From NCBI GenBank assembly GCA_013112545.1, contig JABFGJ010000008.1:95394-159393 (forward strand): a stretch of DNA of 64,000 bases. The letters run 5' to 3'. This DNA is from Bacteroidota bacterium. GTDB lineage: Bacteria > Bacteroidota > Bacteroidia > Flavobacteriales_E > Vicingaceae. The notes below the pieces were generated by a model, which saw nothing but the letters and a program-made list of their open reading frames with translations, searched no databases and was not told the DNA's origin. The stretch's first letter is position 1; every line of letters starts with the position of its first letter. The position numbers were made by a program, and so were the translations under genes. Positions 59,577 to 64,000 of the stretch are shown one piece after another.

Positions 59577-61184
59577 TTATTTATTATTTTTTTCAAAAAT
59601 GGACTGAAAACGCTCTTCAATTGATGAAAGTTCTTCATCAGTTATTTCATCAAACTCCCTCTGTCTTTTATTCTTTGATAAGCTACCGTTATTCTGATTA
59701 AGCAACTTGATTAACAAATCCACTTTGGTGTCAGGTAAAGACAAATAATTGTTTATGTATTTAGTCATTCGGACATATTTTTCTAAATAATCCAGTTCTT
59801 CTGGAATTATTTTCTCGATGGTCTCTTCTACGCATTCGTATAAAAATTCTACCTGTTTGGTTAGGTCGAAATAACGATATAGATCAATTGTTTCATTAAG
59901 AATTTTAACATTGTGATCTGCTGTTGGTTCCCATTCTACTAATTCTATTCTTTGAGATGAGTATGACTCTAGAATTGACTGGTATTCGTCAATCCGATTT
60001 AATATGGCTGCTGATACTGGAAAAATCATCCCCCTTTTAGTGTACCCCATACGAGTCAATATATGATGAATTATGTATCTGTGTAAACGACCATTACCAT
60101 CAGAAAATGGGTGAATAAATACAAATCCAAATGCTATTGTTGCCGCTGCTAAAACCGGGTCGTAACTTGATTCTTGCAGCAATTTATTTGTATCTAATAA
60201 CCCTTTCATCAAAGTTGGTAAATCTTTAGACTTTGCTGATATATGGTCAGGTAGTGGGGAAAAAGTATCACGATCATGCTCACCGATAAAGCCTTCCTGT
60301 GTTCTTAATCCCATACTCTTCAGTTTTTTAGCTCCAATTACTACGTCTTGAAGCCTTTCTAATTCTTCTATTGTTAGCTGTTTTTTTCCTGATTGACCAA
60401 TTGCTTTGCCCCAATTTCTGGCTCTAAGATTTGGAGGGTATTCTCCTTCGATGGCAAAGGAGGCTTTTGAGTCTTTTAATAACAAAAACGCAGCAGTTCT
60501 TCTAATGAGATCTTTATCCCTACCTTCTAAGCCTCTTTCGATTGAACCAGATAAATCTTTAGCTATGAAGCTTTGGATTTTATCGGTCTTTTTTATCATG
60601 GGACAAAACCCTTTTGTACCTGGTAAATTATTTTTTATTCGGTGTCGGGTAGAATTAATTGAAGTACTCGTGAACTGTAGTTTGGGATTGACTATTTCGA
60701 CATACGTTCCTGTCTTTAGATCTGGTATATCAAGTACTTCATCCATAAGCCATTCATAGAGGAACCATACTCTCCTGCTATACTGGCTGGTGGGCTCTTT
60801 TTTTATCATGTGCAGAACGGGCTCATTTCCTGTATGCTCAAAAAACATTTTTAGAATGTATAGATCAATTCCTTCGTACTTTAATGCAAAAGCTAAGTGA
60901 CTGGTTAAATCATTATCAGGTTTGTGTCTGATTGTAAATACCTGCCAATGTTCAGTATTGTACCGTTGATGTTTTTCAGTAACAATAGCAAGTCTGTCAG
61001 GTAAAGGAACGTTTACCCCATTTTCTTCTATAATAGTTGCTAATAATGCGTACCCGACAAGAAACCCTGGTTCTGGTGTCGGTTTTCCATGAAATGCAGT
61101 TACTTGTTGTGAAAAATAGTTACTCATTATTCGTTTATATGAAATCTGAGTACAAATATAACATGAAAATCGATTATAATTCAT
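59577..61184 (-). CDS. Fic-family protein with an N-terminal extension (DUF4172-like)
   Basis: Fic motif HPFSDGNGRLHR. 535-aa ORF. The true start may be the internal Met (MSNYFSQQ...). Confidence 0.75.
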   Translation of the reverse strand: MNYNRFSCYICTQISYKRIMSNYFSQQVTAFHGKPTPEPGFLVGYALLATIIEENGVNVPLPDRLAIVTEKHQRYNTEHWQVFTIRHKPDNDLTSHLAFALKYEGIDLYILKMFFEHTGNEPVLHMIKKEPTSQYSRRVWFLYEWLMDEVLDIPDLKTGTYVEIVNPKLQFTSTSINSTRHRIKNNLPGTKGFCPMIKKTDKIQSFIAKDLSGSIERGLEGRDKDLIRRTAAFLLLKDSKASFAIEGEYPPNLRARNWGKAIGQSGKKQLTIEELERLQDVVIGAKKLKSMGLRTQEGFIGEHDRDTFSPLPDHISAKSKDLPTLMKGLLDTNKLLQESSYDPVLAAATIAFGFVFIHPFSDGNGRLHRYIIHHILTRMGYTKRGMIFPVSAAILNRIDEYQSILESYSSQRIELVEWEPTADHNVKILNETIDLYRYFDLTKQVEFLYECVEETIEKIIPEELDYLEKYVRMTKYINNYLSLPDTKVDLLIKLLNQNNGSLSKNKRQREFDEITDEELSSIEERFQSIFEKNNK

Positions 61185-61373
61185 GAATTATAATTAACAA
61201 TTCGTTAATTTCATGAAATACGTTTACAATTATATAAGTAAATAGTGTAAACCTTGTTTCTATAACTCTGTAAAGGATGTTTGTATAACGCACCAAGGAT
61301 GTTGCTAACAGTGTGTTTGAAACGTTGTCATTCCGAAGGGTGGCTAAGTTTTCATACATAGTGTTACCACACG

Positions 61374-62459
61374 TTATTCTTTTTCTAATATTGCCATTAG
61401 TCTATGATTAAGGTATAGTTTTTCTTTTCCCAATTTCACAGATTTTAGAAAACCTTTCTCTTCTAATGAAATCAAATAGTTGCCTACGGTTTTTGCTGTT
61501 CCTAGTCCAGCATCAATCAAATGCTGTCTTTTTGTATAAGGAAGTTTGTATAATAGTTCTATTAAGTCTTTTGAGTATGCTTTTGGTAGTTCCTTTTGAA
61601 TTTCTTCTGAAACTGTTTTCATTGAATTTAAAATATCTTCTAATCTCGTTATTCCCCTTTTAGAAGTCCATTCAACCATATCCAAAATATACATTATCCA
61701 ACTTTCCCAATTCTCTGATTCTGTTACTTGTCTTAATCTTTTATAATATTCCAACTTGTTTTGAATAATATACTCACTCAAATAAATTGCGGGAATATCA
61801 AGTAGATTTTCAATTTTAAGATAAAGCAAGAGTAGGATTCGTCCTGTTCTTCCATTTCCATCAGAAAATGGATGTATGGCTTCAAATTGATAATGCAGTA
61901 ATGCCAATTTTATTAAAGGGTCTAGAGAGTTATCATCATTTATGAATTTTTCAAGGTTTTCTAATTTTTCTCGAATTACAGACTCTCCTGATGGAGGAGT
62001 ATAAATAACTTCTCCTTTAGTATTGGAAAGTGTTGTCCCCGGAGTTGTTCTAATGTTGGATGTATTTTGTTTAATGCGTTGCATTATTTCAACACAGAGA
62101 TTTGTAGTAATAAATGGTCTTGATTCTAATTGTTCTAATCCGTGCCAAAGAGCGTCTTTGTAACTTATGACTTCTTTTGCGTTTGGATTTTCAATTTTTT
62201 TGTCTGCAATTACAGATTTGTACAATTCATCATTAGTAGTTATAATATTTTCAATTTCAGAACTTGCTTTAGCTTCCTGTAAATGAATTGTATCTAAAAA
62301 GAGCCTAGGATTCGGAAGATTTGTTATTGCACCATTTAATTGCGCTAAGGCCCTACTGGCAGTAATAGTTTTACGTAATATTTCTGTAGTTTCCAAATTT
62401 GTATTTGGAGGTAGAATAGGTAAATTATTATAAGGCTCATTTCTTATAAAATCTCTCAT
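61374..62459 (-). CDS. Fic/DOC-family protein with a C-terminal winged-helix domain
   Basis: 361 aa. Fic motif HPFSDGNGRTGR and a C-terminal wHTH-like region. Confidence 0.85.
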   Translation of the reverse strand: MRDFIRNEPYNNLPILPPNTNLETTEILRKTITASRALAQLNGAITNLPNPRLFLDTIHLQEAKASSEIENIITTNDELYKSVIADKKIENPNAKEVISYKDALWHGLEQLESRPFITTNLCVEIMQRIKQNTSNIRTTPGTTLSNTKGEVIYTPPSGESVIREKLENLEKFINDDNSLDPLIKLALLHYQFEAIHPFSDGNGRTGRILLLLYLKIENLLDIPAIYLSEYIIQNKLEYYKRLRQVTESENWESWIMYILDMVEWTSKRGITRLEDILNSMKTVSEEIQKELPKAYSKDLIELLYKLPYTKRQHLIDAGLGTAKTVGNYLISLEEKGFLKSVKLGKEKLYLNHRLMAILEKE

Positions 62460-62929
62460 ATTGGACGAAGGTAAGTTTTACTCTCTTTTATTTAACGAGT
62501 GTAAATATATCGAAAAATTACACTCGTCTGTGATTCGAGTGTAATTTTTACTTGTGTTTCATGGCTGTAATTATTGCATTTGTTCACCTGTCGGCATACA
62601 TTCGATTTAAAGAAACAACTGCCCAAATTAAGGCGGGTAAGCAACCGATGAGCGTTATTTGTAGTAATAAGTAAACAATTATGAGCGAATTCACCGTATC
62701 AATCTATTGGTTCGAGGTTGGATAAATTATTACAAACAAACATCCATTCAAGCCAAACTTAAAAAATCGGTACAATTTGTCTGACCTTCACTCCAAAAAC
62801 TAATCTAGAAAATCGTTTTCCCCCTAGGTATTTACTTCGTCAAACCTCCTGCCGGCGGTCAGGCACAGTATTCATTTTTGGCCTATCGGCAAAACGAATA
62901 CTTAGTTATTGTGGTTAGTGTTTTTTTAT

Positions 62930-63724
62930 TTATTTACTCAATTTTAAAATTCTAAAAGCACCTTGAATTACCAAAACAAAAACTATTGTTCCGATAATCA
63001 AATCAGGTTTGCTTGAACTCAACCAGTTTACCAAAAGTCCAGCTGTTATGACTCCTAAATTTATAATCACATCGTTTGAAGTGAAAATCATACTTGCTTT
63101 CATATGTGCCTCTTCCTTACTTTTTGACTTTTGTAAAATGTAAAGACAAATTCCGTTTGCAATAAGTGCGAAAATTGAAACGATAATCATTGTCGAAAAG
63201 TTTGGTAATTTCTCGTCTCCGAAAAATCTCCTTAAAACTTCTACAAATCCGATAATTGCAAGTGTTATTTGAAAATATCCAGCAAGTTTGGCAATCCGTT
63301 TTTTCTTTATTACTGTTCCACCAACCGCAAACAAGCTAATTCCGTAAACGAAACTGTCCGCAAGCATATCTAAACTGTCGGCAACCAATCCCATTGATTT
63401 TGAGATTATTCCTGTTGTCATTTCAATTATGAAAAACGCAAAATTTATGGCAAGTACAGACCAAAGTAGTTTTTTTTGGTTTGCATTTTTATTAAATTCT
63501 GTTTGGTCGGTTTGTTCAGTCGAGATTTTCTTTCCGCCTAAATTCAGTTCGATAACTGATTTTTCGATTTGGACAGTTTCTCCGCTGTGAAAAACGGTCA
63601 GTTTTCGGTTGGGAATGTCAAAGTCCAAATTCGCAATACTTGGAATTCCGTCCAATTTCATTCGGATTAGATTTTCCTCTGAAGGACAGTCCATTTTAGT
63701 AATTTCAAATATTGTTTTATTCAT
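62930..63724 (-). CDS. Cation diffusion facilitator-type transporter core with an N-terminal heavy-metal-associated-like domain
   Basis: 264 aa. N-terminal ~70 aa with MDCPSEE. TM region with CDF signature-like LVADSLDMLADS. Lacks the usual cytoplasmic C-terminal domain. Confidence 0.6.
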   Translation of the reverse strand: MNKTIFEITKMDCPSEENLIRMKLDGIPSIANLDFDIPNRKLTVFHSGETVQIEKSVIELNLGGKKISTEQTDQTEFNKNANQKKLLWSVLAINFAFFIIEMTTGIISKSMGLVADSLDMLADSFVYGISLFAVGGTVIKKKRIAKLAGYFQITLAIIGFVEVLRRFFGDEKLPNFSTMIIVSIFALIANGICLYILQKSKSKEEAHMKASMIFTSNDVIINLGVITAGLLVNWLSSSKPDLIIGTIVFVLVIQGAFRILKLSK

Positions 63725-63762
63725 TTAGTTACTCGGTTTTTTTTACATTAACCACAACGTTA

Positions 63763-63872
63763 AGTATAAGCGTAGTGCGGGTTTAGGAGCAATTCACTGT
63801 CCGCCCACCGAAAAGTTTATTATGGGCAAAAATGCTCAATTTTAGCAGTTCAGCCCGCATTACGCTTATACC
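63763..63872. repeat. Long imperfect inverted repeat (18-bp arms, ~72-nt spacer) in a GC-rich patch at the island edge
   Basis: agtataagcgtagtgcggg (63763-63781) versus cccgcattacgcttatacc (63854-63872), with a single mismatch that would be a G-U pair in RNA. Confidence 0.6.
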
Positions 63873-64000
63873 ATGTGTGTGCCTTGAATGGTAAATATAA
63901 ATAAGTTCTTTTAAATATTGAATTTAATCCAAAGGGTGTAAGTCCCTTATACGCCCCGAGTAACGTTGGGGAAGTATTAGTAAGACGCAAGCTTGTTAAG

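Noticed and set aside
61174-61359. 61-aa minus-strand ORF between the two Fic genes
   Set aside because: It is hydrophobic and low-complexity, with no RBS-like context, and it overlaps the palindromic putative operator region. It is kept only as a remote possibility in the Fic finding.
62700-62725. GGTTCGAGG resembling a tRNA T-loop
   Set aside because: No flanking acceptor, D or anticodon stems could be assembled. No tRNA-like structure elsewhere in the window either.

Overview
This window is a low-GC (~30-35%) chromosomal segment that looks like it comes from a Bacteroidota (Flavobacteriia-like) genome. Its features include T9SS C-terminal sorting-domain proteins, bshA, and a TPR-sensor kinase/LuxR regulator pair. 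Roughly positions 1-46,300 are housekeeping or core genes: bshA (partial), a GH3/beta-lactamase fusion, mutL, two rhomboid proteases, a PIG-L deacetylase, a sodium:solute symporter, a DEAD-box helicase, a fatty-acid desaturase, dapA, recF, ribH, xerD, aroQ, RidA, a urea transporter, catalase and Hsp20. This stretch is interrupted by one small accessory patch, an IS4/IS1634-like insertion sequence flanked by ~107-bp direct repeats next to a hipBA toxin-antitoxin pair. From ~46,300 to at least 63,900 there is a tightly packed, co-directional, minus-strand defence island. It starts with an XRE-type controller whose promoter carries a palindromic operator. Next come a PLD-nuclease/SF2-helicase fusion, a 1081-aa Eco57I-like N6-adenine methyltransferase, and an ABC/OLD-like ATPase. 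These are followed by a SPARTA-like short prokaryotic Argonaute module, in which the APAZ partner carries a DUF4062-type (TIR-like) N-terminal domain rather than a canonical TIR, and the pAgo gene overlaps it by ATGA. An unknown 229-aa gene lies directly downstream. Beyond the operon are two tandem Fic proteins with palindromic upstream repeats and an HMA-CDF cation transporter. The island edges and internal junctions carry GC-rich (~45-50%) non-coding patches sharing short motifs and a long inverted repeat. No rRNA, tRNA or CRISPR array was recognised.
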